DNA of 56,945 nucleotides, filler included, from Asterionella formosa (GCA_002256025.1; 5 parts of 5 records of this genome joined end to end with filler, not necessarily neighbours in it), one strand, 5' to 3'. Positions 11,711 through 23,389 are shown, numbered from the whole stretch's first letter. Notes: generated by a model not told the origin, from the letters alone. Translations and numbers: made by a program.

Positions 11711-12045
11711 TACGGTATAACAATGGACCCAAACTATATTGATTGGAGTGAATTGGACAATGAAACCAATGAAGATTGGAGTGAGTTATATCCTGACACA
11801 GAAGAAGAATTGCCTCCAAATATGCCCCCACCACAAGGAAGAACTGTCCAAGTTAAATGTTACATGTTATGTGGATGCAGATCATGCAAATGATCAGGTC
11901 ACTAGGAGATCCATCACTGGAATACTTTTCTTTTTCAATAACAACAGAAGTCAATGGAACTTCCACATATGGTTCTGAACTAGTGGCAGCCTGAATTGCA
12001 ACTGAACTGATTATGAAGGTTTGATATAACCTATACATGCTTGTA
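11711..12045 (+). mobile_element. Ty1/Copia (CoDi-like) RT-RNase H junction remnant
   Basis: Translates DWSELYPDTEEELPPNMPPPQG, CYVDADHANDQVTRRSITGILFF, STYGSELVAA*IATELI, with frameshifts and stops. Confidence 0.88.
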
Positions 12046-12052
12046 GCGAAGA

Positions 12053-13475
12053 TGGCGTCTGCAAATAAACACCATCATATTCCTATGATGCATTATAGGA
12101 TTATGATCATCTGATCAATATATTTCGTTATATCATCTAATTATTTTGATGAATGCCCTCGTAATTTAAATAGTAACCCTTTTGACTATGGAAATTTAAT
12201 TTTTATATGTATTGTTTCTTTTAGTTACCTTTATTTAAATTTCTTGGTAGGATAATGGACAAGTTAAAGTAATGTGGTTTGGCTCATCATTCTCGCCAGT
12301 CCTCACTCTGATTCTTGCAACAACAACAAAGCAGTCATGTCAGGAGGAATGAGTATTTGTGATAAAATCTTCATTTATCGTTAAAGTCATCATATGTCTT
12401 CAATGAATCATCAACTACATTGTACAGTAAAATCGTATGCAATCCGTTTAGAGTTTGAAAAGAAATCCAATGAAAACGAAATGGCTCATCACACAAGACG
12501 AATATTTCCGGTCTGTCACCAGAGCATCAATCAGTGTTACAACCACAATCATAGCTAAATAGCATCCACTATAGAACAGCACAATCTACTTCTCTTTAGT
12601 AACATCGTTTCTTTTACAAGAACGTTATATATATATAGAATTGAAACGCAACATAGCAGGCGATATGCACAAGAAAGCATGAGACCATCTATTTATAGTA
12701 ACAGAGTGATTCTGGTTTCGAAATTTTCATGTCTCATCAGATTTCCTTTGTCATTGTACTAGTTTCATATCCTTGAAGACAGGAGCGTATTCTTTGGTGT
12801 ATCTGGAATGTTTCAATGGATGGCAGCAGTTGGATTTAGACACAAAAGCACTACTTTGTAGATGTTCATAAAAAGCCAAACACTTTGGCCTATCGACCAC
12901 CAGTCAGTCTATACTGCAAAAATGAAAGAAGCACAACTTGAATCCAGAAAGTGCAACAATGTAAAATATTAGAAACCGGAAGTCACATTACATCTAATTA
13001 CGGTTTTCATTGCTTAGCTATACTATCTAGTATTGATTGGTGCAAGGAAGCAATGGTAGAATGGCTGCCAAACGGGGGTGGGGGCAAACACAGAGAATCC
13101 TACTACTAATTTTTCTCCCCAATGATCCCAGTCCATTCTTGAATGTCACTTGCTACAGAAAATGGAGAACAGCCGCCATGATCTGTTGATTGTTGCTTTA
13201 TGGTGCCACTGTCCAGAAATCTCAATCAGTTGCTTGTTTCTTGACTTGAATGCAAAAAGGGATCGAAACCAGTGGGAAAATCAAAAGGGAACTAAAACTG
13301 CTCTGCAAACATCAGAACAATTGTGAAAGAGAAATGAAGTTTCTTGGGATTAGAAGTAAAGGGATAATTGCTTCTGGTCTTGTGGGAACAAGAATAGATT
13401 GACCCAATTGACCCAAACAATGTTCTTGACAAAAAGGGAACCAACCGGAAAAGGAAGCAATGCTTTCGGCATCAT
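12053..13475. repeat. Dispersed repeat family A, copy 1 (~1.4 kb)
   Basis: Colinear with 40685-42110 from TGGCGTCTGCAAATAAA...CCATCATATTCCT to GGAAGCAATGCTTT.GGCATCAT. Confidence 0.9.
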
Positions 13476-14557
13476 CAATCTGTACACAAGCCTGCGCCAT
13501 CTGATGTCGTCAATATAGCAACCTCGACTTCATCAATGAAGAAGTCAATGGGTGGAGCATGTGTGGAAAATTGGGGTTGAGGTCTTCTTGATGCCAACTT
13601 GGGTCTGCTTCGCTGAACTCCTTGCAAATGAAGGCATTGAGTAACCTGGGCCTGTGCTGCCAAAGGATAAAGAAAAATATATGACAAGGTTGGTGGGATA
13701 GTGTTTAGGAGCAAAAGTTATCATAGGTGAACGCATTCGAAAATTCGTATAGACAATAAATGGAGGCATACCATGGCTGCTCTCGGCTGACAGTTGCCAA
13801 GAAGTCAATGTACAAACACAACAAGCAAGTGTGTACAAAAGACAGTCCAATTTTAATCGTCTGGCTAATACTTAGTTGTGAGACTCACCATCCTGTAATG
13901 GGGTGGACTTTGATCATTGCTTTGTTCAAAGCACAATCAATTCGAATGCTGTCCAGTGAAACAGCCAATGAAAACAATTGTGGCGAAAAAGCGCAGAACA
14001 GATCAAGAGATTTCATAGGAATTAAAATAACAGGGCATAGATGATGCACTGCTCCTTGAGTAGACTAAATTTGATCATTTCCATTTTTCATACTATACAG
14101 GTGCATGGATGACTCCTCCCACTCTTTCATTAGATATGCAGCCATGTTGCGATAATTCTACAGGACCTATAGAATTGGTAGTCTGGTGGTCATCATTTCC
14201 GCAGTGTATATACCAGTAGGAGTCATGTATGCATGCATGCATGCATGCATGATGCGATAATTCTTACAAGACAAAAAAATTTGGTAGCTTGGGGGTCATC
14301 ACTTCCGTACTGTATACAGGGGGGCAAGGGGTTGCATACATTAGCAATTACTCCGGTAAAAACTATTATCTTTGGTCAATGAATTTTGATTCTTTCATCC
14401 TATACCTTTGATCATAACATATTAATCATATGATAAACGGTGTCATTGATGAGTAAATGAAAAATCAACATTCATTTTCAGGAATCAGGATTAATTGATC
14501 TTAAAAATATTATCAAATGATCCTATACACATGAGCATATTCAGTTTTCCGCTGCAC

Positions 14558-15190
14558 TATTGTGGCATTTCCATGATAGAATTAATTCTCAGCAAGTATA
14601 CAGTACAACTGGTAGGCCATATGAATTTTGGAATGTATATGGTCAATGTGTCAGAATACATAATTGTATGATTTTGACCATTTGAAAAATTGGCGATGAA
14701 TCCCGTTTATTAAGGGGCTTAATGAAATCAGCCACTGACTTGTAGGTACAAGAATTAACACCAAAAAATTGAAAAAACTCAACAGGTCGTGGAAAACTGT
14801 GAACGCGTCATGCATTGTATATATTTGAATTTTGTATAATCAAAATTGATATTAGTATACACAGGATATGCCATATAATGAGCGTGTTTAAAACTATGCA
14901 AATGTTCAACTATATATACATTTAAACTTACAAATCTTTGTATTCATGGCTGAAACATTTGAAATCATGTTTTCATGTTCCTTGTCATGCATACACTTTG
15001 CTCAAGAAATGAAGGATCATCACACATGATGACACGGAAAACGAAAGTGATAATACAGCACAATGATACTTGTGGCTTAGAAGAGAAGGGCGGAATCAAT
15101 TGATGGTGAGTTGCATCCACTTTCTGAAATGAAGGATCTCAAGCAACACATGATGCGAAAAGCTGTAGTGACAATACAGCACAATGATAC
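14558..15190. repeat. Dispersed repeat family B, copy 1
   Basis: Colinear with 25458-26130, sharing the left boundary TATTGTGG..TTCCATGATAGAA. Confidence 0.88.
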
Positions 15191-15411
15191 ACCATATGGC
15201 TAAGAAGGAGTGAATATGATAGATCCATCATACTTCAAGCTCAGTATAAATTTACTGCATGATCATATTTAAATGATACATTGATCATATTTTTGATCAA
15301 AAAACTATCATATATATGTAAAATTCCTGTGCCACTTAGCATACGATACCCTTGATCATATATATAATGATTGTTTTTATTTACAGACAGGACCAGCTTG
15401 GATATTAGGGG

Positions 15412-15612
15412 ACAACCACAATACCCTGAAGTGGACCTAAAATGAAAAAAAATGCAATATCCTTCCATCTTGTGAGGGAGGCAATAGCAGGCAAAATTAC
15501 AATGTTCAATCACATCAAGAGTGAACATAATTATGCTGATTTATTAACAAAACCATTGCCGGGAGCCAAATTCCACCCCTTTATCAAGGAATTATTGTTT
15601 TGGAACCCATAA
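15412..15612 (+). mobile_element. Ty1/Copia RNase H C-terminus (end of pol)
   Basis: Translates TTTIP*SGPKMKKNAISFHLVREAIAGKITMFNHIKSEHNYADLLTKPLPGAKF...FWNP*; ADxxTKPL is the Copia signature. Confidence 0.9.
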
Positions 15613-15921
15613 CATTCATGCAGCCCGACGCATTCAAAGGGCTACCATAAGGTTCAAAAAATTCCAGCACGGCAATTTAGGTTCAAAACAAAACAATTTA
15701 TTATATATCAGCACTTGAAGTACTCCACAGTATGTATCAACTACCAACATTTCATTGCATAAATATAACAACACATTTGCGTATGATATGATGACAGTAT
15801 TCATGAAAAGGCTGGATGCCACACAGAGATGACACATTAGAAGACAAGGTCAAAGTTCATAAATAAACAAAGGATCATCCCACATACAATAAATTCTCAC
15901 ATATAATGACATGAAAGGGAA

Positions 15922-16409
15922 TATTATAGATACCGTATACTATGTATCGAGATATCAGAACAGTTGGATTAGTTCCGATTATGAGAATTTGAGACATAGG
16001 ACTACACATGTTTGCATACCACGTCAGTTCGGAGAATCAGTATCGCACTACAGGAAGAGAGGAATGGATTGACTATTGGAGAGCATACCACGTCAGTTCG
16101 GAGATTACGTATGCACTATTCATGTATGGAATCAGTATCACACTACAGGAAGAGAGGAATGGATTGACCATTGGAGAGCATACCAAGTCAGTTTGGAGAT
16201 TACGTATACACTACTTACGTCTGGGATCAGTATCACACTACAGAAAGAGAGGAATGGATTGACCATTGGAGAGAATTTACATTTTTCACAGTTTTAAACC
16301 CACAATTTAAGTTTCCATTTTCCATTTTAATTTTATTATCTAGCACCATTTCCGTTTACTACTTCACATAATCTTGTCTTACTGTTACGTTTATTTTGAG
16401 TCTTCAACA
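15922..16409 (+). mobile_element. Probable Copia 3' LTR containing a 95-bp tandem repeat
   Basis: Follows the pol end and a purine tract GAAAGGGAA (15913-15921); runs TATT...AACA (degenerate TG...CA). Boundaries are inferred. Confidence 0.55.
16014..16272 (+). repeat. Tandem repeat, 95-bp period, three copies (first internally deleted)
   Basis: GAGCATACCA at 16081 and 16176; ATCAGTATC.CACTACAG.AAGAGAGGAATGGATTGAC.ATTGGAGAG occurs three times. Confidence 0.92.
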
Positions 16410-16427
16410 TATTATTTCATCAGCATT

Positions 16428-18988
16428 ATGAAAAATGATAGCAAGGATATCAAGAGAGGCAGCCCAGGTGATCACCTAAGTGCACACAAACCTTCTCTCA
16501 CTGCACATAAGAAGAGTATTGATGCCATCTTGCCTTTTGCTGATGAAGCAAAGGAAGATGAACAAGTACAGAAGGAACATGGTGACCACAAGGCTAGGCA
16601 AGGGCATAACATTACGTACCAGGTTTCTTCCAAGGAGGTGGTAGTGGAGCATGAAGAACCAGCACCTCCATCCCATCCTGGAGCTGTTGCGGTAGGAGGG
16701 AGTGGTTATGCAAGGTTAAGTTCTGAAAATGAAAGGTTTTTAGATGAGTCTTTTGGAATCGGTGAACAACCACTTGCCATTCATGGCGTAGAGGAAGGAC
16801 AACACCAACAGGAGGCCGTGAATGCCACTCTTGTTGATGAATTTCCCACTTCTAGGCATACCACTGCGGTGGCCATCAACACTGAGGCTGAAGTGAAGGC
16901 CCAACGTAACCGTAGCATGATTAACATCATGATTTCTTGTGGACTCACATGTCTTGTTGCCATTGTAGCTGTTGTCCTTGCAGTTGTGCTTACTCAGAAC
17001 AACAAACCGAATAATCCAACATTGGTTCCAATATCATATGTTCCAGACAATCAAACGTTGGCTCCCACATTTGTAATTCCCTCTACACCATTGTTTTTGT
17101 TTTTGTCTAATAACTCGTTTGATAATGGGACTGCGCTTTTGACCATTGGCACGCCACAACAACAGGCAATGGTCTGGTTGGAAAGTGAGAAAGGTACATC
17201 AGAAATGATGTATACTGATAAGTTGCTCCAAATCTATGCCTTGGTGACCTTTTATTATGCAACCGCTGGAGACCAATGGCTCAACCGTGGGGATAATGAC
17301 CAAGTCAGTGACAGGTCATTGTGGCTATTGAGTACCGACAATTATTGTAATTGGTTTGGATTGAAATGCGATGCAGATAGAAGCCAGGTCTATTCAATGA
17401 ATTTGACTAACAATACCTTAATGGGGTTCATTCCCCCGGAAATTGGTCGTTTGTCAAGTCTAGGTAAGTTAACATAACTGGCAAGAGATAAAAACAAATC
17501 ATTGAAGATTGCTCACTTATGAAATGAGTCATATCATTTACGACAAAGAATCTATTGATTTTTCATCAAACGATATAGATGGATCACTACCAAGTGAACT
17601 GGGTCTATTGTCAAGTGTTAAATTTTTGTCTCTATCTATTAATCAGCTTACTGGCCCAATTCCATTGGAGCTTGGACAGTTGACCAAAATCATAGGATTG
17701 TCATTGCTTGATAACAAGTTGACGGGAACACTTCCAACAGAGATAGGCCAATTGACTAACCTTGAGACATTACTTATAGGTTTGAACTTTTTGCAGGGAA
17801 CACTTCCTTCAGAAATTGGATTCTTGACAAGTCTGACATTTTTTTATCTACATAATAATCACTTCACTGGTGCATTTCCGACAGAAATCGGAAATTTGAA
17901 AAATGCTAGACTTTTTGCTGCACAATCAAACAATTTCACTGGGACACTTCTTACAGAGATTGGAAACTTGAGAAGTCTGACACTTTTGCAACTACATAAT
18001 AATCACTTGACTGGTGCACTTCCGACAGACATGGGCAAGTTGACAAGCCTTATGGAATTATCCGCCTACAGGAACCTGTTAAATGGAACACTTCCTGCAG
18101 AGATTGGACTCTTGACAAGTCTAACAACATTGTATCTAGATGATAATCAGCTGACTGGTGTACTTCCTACAGAAATTGTCAATTTGACAAGTCTCAGAAA
18201 ATTTGAAGCCTACAGTAACCATTTCAATGGCACCCTTCCTACACAGATTGGATTCTTGACAAGTCTAACATTATTGTATCTTTATGATAATCAATTTACT
18301 GGTGCACTTCCTACAGAGGTTGGAAATTTGACAAACCTCATAGAATTTGCAGCCTACAGCAACCAGTTGAATGGAACACTTCCAACAGAAATTGGATTCT
18401 TGACAAGTCTAACATTATTGTATCTCCCTTATAATCAGCTGACTGGTTCACTTCCTACAGAGGTAGGATTCTTGACCAGTCTAACATCATTGGATTTATA
18501 TGATAATAAATTGACTGGTGCATTTCCAACAGAAATCGGTAATTTGGAAAATGTTGTATTTCTTGATGCAAGCGCCAACCATTTCAATGGAACACTTCCT
18601 TCAGAGATTGGATTCTTGACAAGTCTAAAAATCCTGTACCTACCTGCTAATCAGTTGACTGGTGTACTTCCAGCAGAAATTGGCAATTTGACAAGTCTTA
18701 ATGATTTTCAGATTCATTCCAACATGTTAACTGGTATGATTCCCACAGAAATTGGTCTCATGTCTTCATTGAGTAAGTTTTGTTTTTCTGAATCATACAT
18801 TTCTTCACTGATTGTTCTAAAATTTCGCTATTTTGATAGCTTTATTAAATTTTGGAAATAATAATTTCACTGGGCCAGTTCCAGAAGAAGCATGTGATAT
18901 TGGACCAATGCAGAACATTTTTGTTTGCCCACCATTGATTTGCAACTGCAGCAAGTCCTGCATGAATGGCAAGAATTGTTCATCTTAG
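16428..18988 (+). CDS. Type II membrane LRR receptor-like protein; exons 16428-17463, 17549-18772, 18840-18988
   Basis: N-terminal tail with PGAVAVGG; one TM (LVAIVAVVLAVVL); P/T stalk; N-cap (ALVTFYYATAGDQW...YCNWFGLKC); 17 plant-type 24-aa LRRs in exon 2; Cys-rich end CPPLICNCSKSC. Both GT-AG introns keep frame and match the paralog. Confidence 0.88.
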
Positions 18989-19007
18989 TGACCTTAGCTT
19001 TCTCAAT

Positions 19008-19258
19008 TGTTAGGGTTAGGGCTAGGGTTACTGTTAGGGAAAAGGGACGACGCCTTTAGGTGTCATTCATTCATTCGGGTTAGGGTTAAGGCAGCCCCAC
19101 AAGGGCTGGGCATGTATCTGTAGCACACAGTATGATTAATTATATAGATGAAAACTGGTATGAGAATGAATGTGTCAGTACCGGTCGTTTTTGTTGGATA
19201 TGAAGATGATGTGGAAGTGCACTGTTAGGGTTAGGGTTAGGGTAGTACCCTAACCCTA
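19008..19258. repeat. Interstitial telomere-like TTAGGG/CCCTAA clusters within an LTR-like repeat
   Basis: TTAGGG clusters near 19010-19039, 19078-19090 and 19225-19242, then inverted CCCTAACCCTA; blocks are shared with 22551-22720. Confidence 0.7.
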
Positions 19259-19261
19259 GTC

Positions 19262-19730
19262 ATGGAGTGCGGGAACAAGAATGACCTCAGTGATGTTATA
19301 TCGCATAAAAACATTGCAGGCAAGGATGCACTAATGGTGCGTTCCATAGCAATCCAAATTGCCAAGTGCCTTCAGTTTCTAAATGAAGAGTGTATGTTAT
19401 GCACGGAGATGTGAAGGCTCGAAATTTCGTGTCTCGTGGTGAGGGTGTTGGATATGCTGCGATCGATCTTGATAACGCGGCATCAATAGACGTAAATGGC
19501 GAGGAGGCTGGTCAGAAGCAAACAAGCTCTGGATACTTGCCTCCCGAACAGGCTGCTGTTGAGTACCATTTGCGAGAGAAGGAACAGGGTGCTTCAGAAG
19601 ATTTTGCCAGTGAGGGTCCTGCAAAAATTAAAGCCAGTAACAAATATGACATGTGGTGCTTTGGAGCCCTTCTATATAATCTCTGCACCGGTCATCAACT
19701 TTTTGTTATGAATGAGCGTGAAGAAAGAGA
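19262..19730 (+). pseudogene. Ser/Thr protein kinase fragment, frameshifted
   Basis: MECGNKNDLSDVI...IAKCLQFLNEE, frameshift near 19392, then VMHGDVKARNF, IDLDNA, SSGYLPPEQA, YDMWCFGALLYNLCTG; N-lobe missing. Confidence 0.8.
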
Positions 19731-20184
19731 GCAAGTAATTTTTCACTTTGATTGTACATTGATAATGTACCAACATTTGTCGGTCGGAGACAAAAGGGAA
19801 TAATTCTCAATCATTTCCGGAATTTTGCTTAGTGGAATACTGTACCGGGGAGCTAAAATGACCCTCGGGGTCATTTACTCTATATAAAAAATAGCTGTGG
19901 TATGTATCATACATATGCCAGTATACTTCCACCTTCTGCTACATCATGCCGATAGTTGGTCAACAAAAACACAAATTTTTTACAGTTATAAATAACAGTG
20001 CATTATATAAAAAAATATAGGCATGAATGACTATTTAGAATTTCCCGGAATATTTCAAGACTTGCTTGCTTATACTCAAAATGGCTTGCTCTTGCCAAAA
20101 AAGGTATGCATATACATATGCATATCATTACATATCAATCAACCTCCTCAATACATTGATCATCATCGCTTTTAGATTTCGACC

Positions 20185-20643
20185 ATGTCTTCATCTTCTT
20201 CTGGTCAAAGGAGAGCAGCCAGGGAGGGCTTCCCTTCCTCTCCAAGGCTGCTTGAACGTCGCCATCACCAGCAACAAGAACAACAACAGACTCAACCAGA
20301 ACAAGAGAAGGAGGGCGGACGACGACGAGAATGAAGATGACACTGGTGCTGATGAATTTTCCAGTGACGATGAGGACAGTAGGATGGGTGTCCCACCAGG
20401 TGTTTCTCAGATTGGTGTTTCTGGGGTCACTCAGTCCCCATCAAGGAACAACAACGTTTTTTCAAGTGCTCCTACTAGTTCAGTTTCAAGAACAGCAACT
20501 GCCAGGCGACCACCAACGTTTCCAAGAGCTTGCCGAAGCATGCAGAGTTGGGGTCAACAGTTCAGGATCAATGAGATTCTCTCATTGCTGGCCGCCATTT
20601 CTACTCACCTGCCAATTGGGTCCCATGAATGGGAAGTTGTTGC
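20185..20643 (+). pseudogene. Fragment ending in a DUF6818/Myb-SANT-like motif
   Basis: Low-complexity region followed by GQQFRINEILSLLAAISTHLPIGSHEWEVVA, then an abrupt switch to unrelated sequence. Confidence 0.45.
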
Positions 20644-20649
20644 TTTTTG

Positions 20650-21970
20650 TTTGAAAGCAGAGCATTTCGCTCCTTGCTTGGAGAACTTGTGCAAGCAAGG
20701 CCGATGCAGCTGTCTCCGAAGAGATTTATCACCTGCTTGTATCCATTCTTCCATCGCTTCCAAGAAATCTCCATGCAATATCGCTTGTCCGGGCTGTGGA
20801 GGACACTCTGAATGCTGCAAAAGGTACCTCACTGTTTGAAGTTGCCGAATTTTGTGGTGCACTTGCAACATGAGCAAACATGGACACCAAAGCAGGGCAA
20901 CTTGGTGTTCACTACTTTCGCTCGGAAGTGGTCCGCGTTGAGGTACTTATGCTTCTCTGGGCTGTGCTGACCCACCCAAATGCGTCCGCTCTGAAAAACT
21001 ACAAGATTTTGAAGCAGTATGTTACCAACAAGCTTCGTATTGACCCATTGGGTCGATCGTATCATGAAACATTCCTTGAATCGTGCACAAAATCGCTGGC
21101 ATTAAATGCGGGACAATTGGCAGGAGGTACACCCATTGACGAGTTTTTAGCTTTGCAAATGGTGCAATTGACCGTTTTTGTGTTGGAAGCATGCCCACCT
21201 GAACAGGCGATGGCCATTTGTCAACGAAAATCAAGGAAGGTTGGCGTCCCTTCTTTTCAACGAATTAACGGCTTAATTGTTAAGAAGGCATAAGGCTGAT
21301 GTGAAGTCATCACCTATTCCGAAATGAGTAAGTGTTGAACCTACTTTGCCTTGCATTTAGATTTTCCTTGTTCATGTCTCACATTTTGGAAGTTGATTTC
21401 AATGCAGAGTTCTGTTTGAAGCGTTGATATAAAGGTGGACAACACTGCCGCTCTCTACAAGCATTTACGAAATCTTCGTTTATGTTTATGGTGTCTCTGA
21501 AACTGTGAAGTGAAGTATTGTACAACTTCAACATCTGTGGCAATTGTGTGACATTCCTGCTGATAGGGAGGAGATAATGGTGTTTGTTTCACACGCATCA
21601 TTTATTGGGGACTTCACAGAACTTGAAGCAGCAATAGCGCCTCGCCCTCAGGGTCAGAATGACTCATGCCTATCCTCTGCTTTTTCTGATGAGATAAGGA
21701 CATCCGCTTTCCTTGACCTTTTCTGTTCACAAGCAGTAAGCTGGGACGATTTGGGTGAGGGTGCGTACAAGAGTTTCTCTCTCATGGTCAAGAAACTTCG
21801 CCAGTCACCTGCCGCTTCGCTTACAGCCAGCGGTCCCGCTCTTGACGCTCTGTCGCGTATTTGCCTCACGGCCGGCAACGAGAATGTTGCAGCTCAGTCG
21901 ATGAAAGATCTCCTTGCTGTGGTATACGCTGCTATGGCCAGTGGCAACAAGTCTCACAACGCTTGGTCAT
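20650..21970 (+). pseudogene. Internal fragment of a USP9/24/34-like deubiquitinase (helical scaffold region)
   Basis: Broken ORFs 20880-21293 and 21544-21990; ALDALSRICLTAGNENVAAQSMKDLLAVVY resembles the GLDxLWR...VAxxAIxLL block of USP9/34; retains a GTAAG...CAG intron near 21328-21408. Confidence 0.5.
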
Positions 21971-21990
21971 GTGGACCAAGTCCTATATAA

Positions 21991-22427
21991 TGTTAACCTT
22001 ATAGGCTCTTCCCCTTAACTATGAGCTAATATAGATACACTAATCATTAAGCTTATAATTACCCAGAACCTACTTGTTGAATCCTGACAACCGTAGGGCA
22101 TTATAAATTTATACCCCTTTTTAGAAAGAGATAAGTAATAACTGAAATAAAATTTAAAACAAACGATTACTGATGTCTTCTCCTACTGTCAATATGACAA
22201 ACAATGGAATGATGGAAGCCCTCCTGCTACAGCAGAGAGGACCTCCTCCCATTCCGTTCAAATCAGATTGTTCGAGTAAAGACGTGACCACCCGTGACCA
22301 GTTGGTGTTGACTACACTTTATCTCTATGAGAATTCAATTGGTGTTGACGGAGCCGAGGCTCTCAAGACCAATACTGTCTTGACTACACTTTACCTCGGA
22401 GATTTTTTTGGACATGCTACTGGATAG
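21991..22427 (+). mobile_element. Short LTR-like segment plus gag-like start fused to an RNI-type LRR fragment
   Basis: TGTTA...TGACA at 21991-22089; ORF MSSPTV...GPPPIPFKSD switches near 22300 to VLTTLYLYENSIGVDGAEALKTNTVLTTLYLGD, the same repeat type as 36395-36835. Confidence 0.45.
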
Positions 22428-22550
22428 AACAACGAGGTACCACGTACCAATACGGCCAATATTACTCCATGCATGTGACTAAACAGATGTCCTGGTACCA
22501 AACCCCAGGTTCTAACCAATTTCACGTGTGTACTGATCCATAGACAAATC

Positions 22551-22751
22551 TGTTAGGGTCAGGGACAGGGAAAAGGGTAGATGCCTCTAGGCGTCTTCCC
22601 TATAGAGCATCCAGCCCTTCTAGTGCTGGACATAGTCATATAGATGGAAACTGTTATGAGAATGAATGTATCAGTACCTGTTGTTTGTCTTTTGATATCA
22701 ATATGTAGAAGTGAACTTTGTTGTACTTACCAGAGTGATGGTCATGTAAAA
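22551..22751 (+). repeat. Second copy of the TGTTAGGG-initiated LTR-like repeat, cut by contig end
   Basis: ATATAGATG.AAACTG.TATGAGAATGAATGT.TCAGTACC shared with 19142-19182. Confidence 0.7.
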
Positions 22752-22851
22752 NNNNNNNNNNNNNNNNNNNNNNNNNNNNNNNNNNNNNNNNNNNNTTAAT
22801 TAATTAANNNNNNNNNNNNNNNNNNNNNNNNNNNNNNNNNNNNNNNNNNNN
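22752..22851. other. Artificial contig spacer
   Basis: N44-TTAATTAATTAA-N44. Confidence 0.98.
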
Positions 22852-23389
22852 ACTACCGGTACATAATGATACCAAACCAGTCCTCAAACCATGCAAGAAA
22901 TCTACGCGAATTATGTATATGGACTACTATAGTCAATTGTGTTTGCACATGTATTTGTTGTAGTCACGTGATCATTTTCGTATTCTATTGCCTAGTACGT
23001 GCTGGACGAGTGATAGTAGAATGTACCGGTCGGTAGTCACAGCCAAAGCCAAAGTATTTGCACAGCTAGTATATGTCGTAGTCACGTGATCATTTTCGTA
23101 TTCTATTGCCTAGTACCTTGTCATGAATTCCCGGACCAGGTACCAGGGTACCAGGTACCTGTAATTAGATAGCGGGTATGTCTCTATGCACATGACTCAA
23201 TCTGTTCAATTTTCGACTCTGTGGTAGTCGTTCTTTGGTCTTGTGGCTGAACATTACCACACACGGCCGCTATAATGATTGTATTGTGCTTCTTTGATGC
23301 ACACCATAATAATTTTTGTGTGTATTATCTAGATGTCAATAAAAGTACTGCCCTGCAGGCGTATTTTCGGTTATTTTATTAGTGACAAC

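Noticed and set aside
14229..14250. (ATGC)n palindromic run
   Set aside because: Short simple repeat with no further structure.
16014..16272. CRISPR-like repeat-spacer pattern
   Set aside because: The intervening segments are homologous to each other, so it is a 95-bp tandem repeat; the context is eukaryotic and no cas genes are present.
18920..18990. Suspected frameshift in the last exon of the long LRR gene
   Set aside because: On recount the frame is intact (CPPLICNCSKSCMNGKNCSS*) and the exon length equals that of the paralog.
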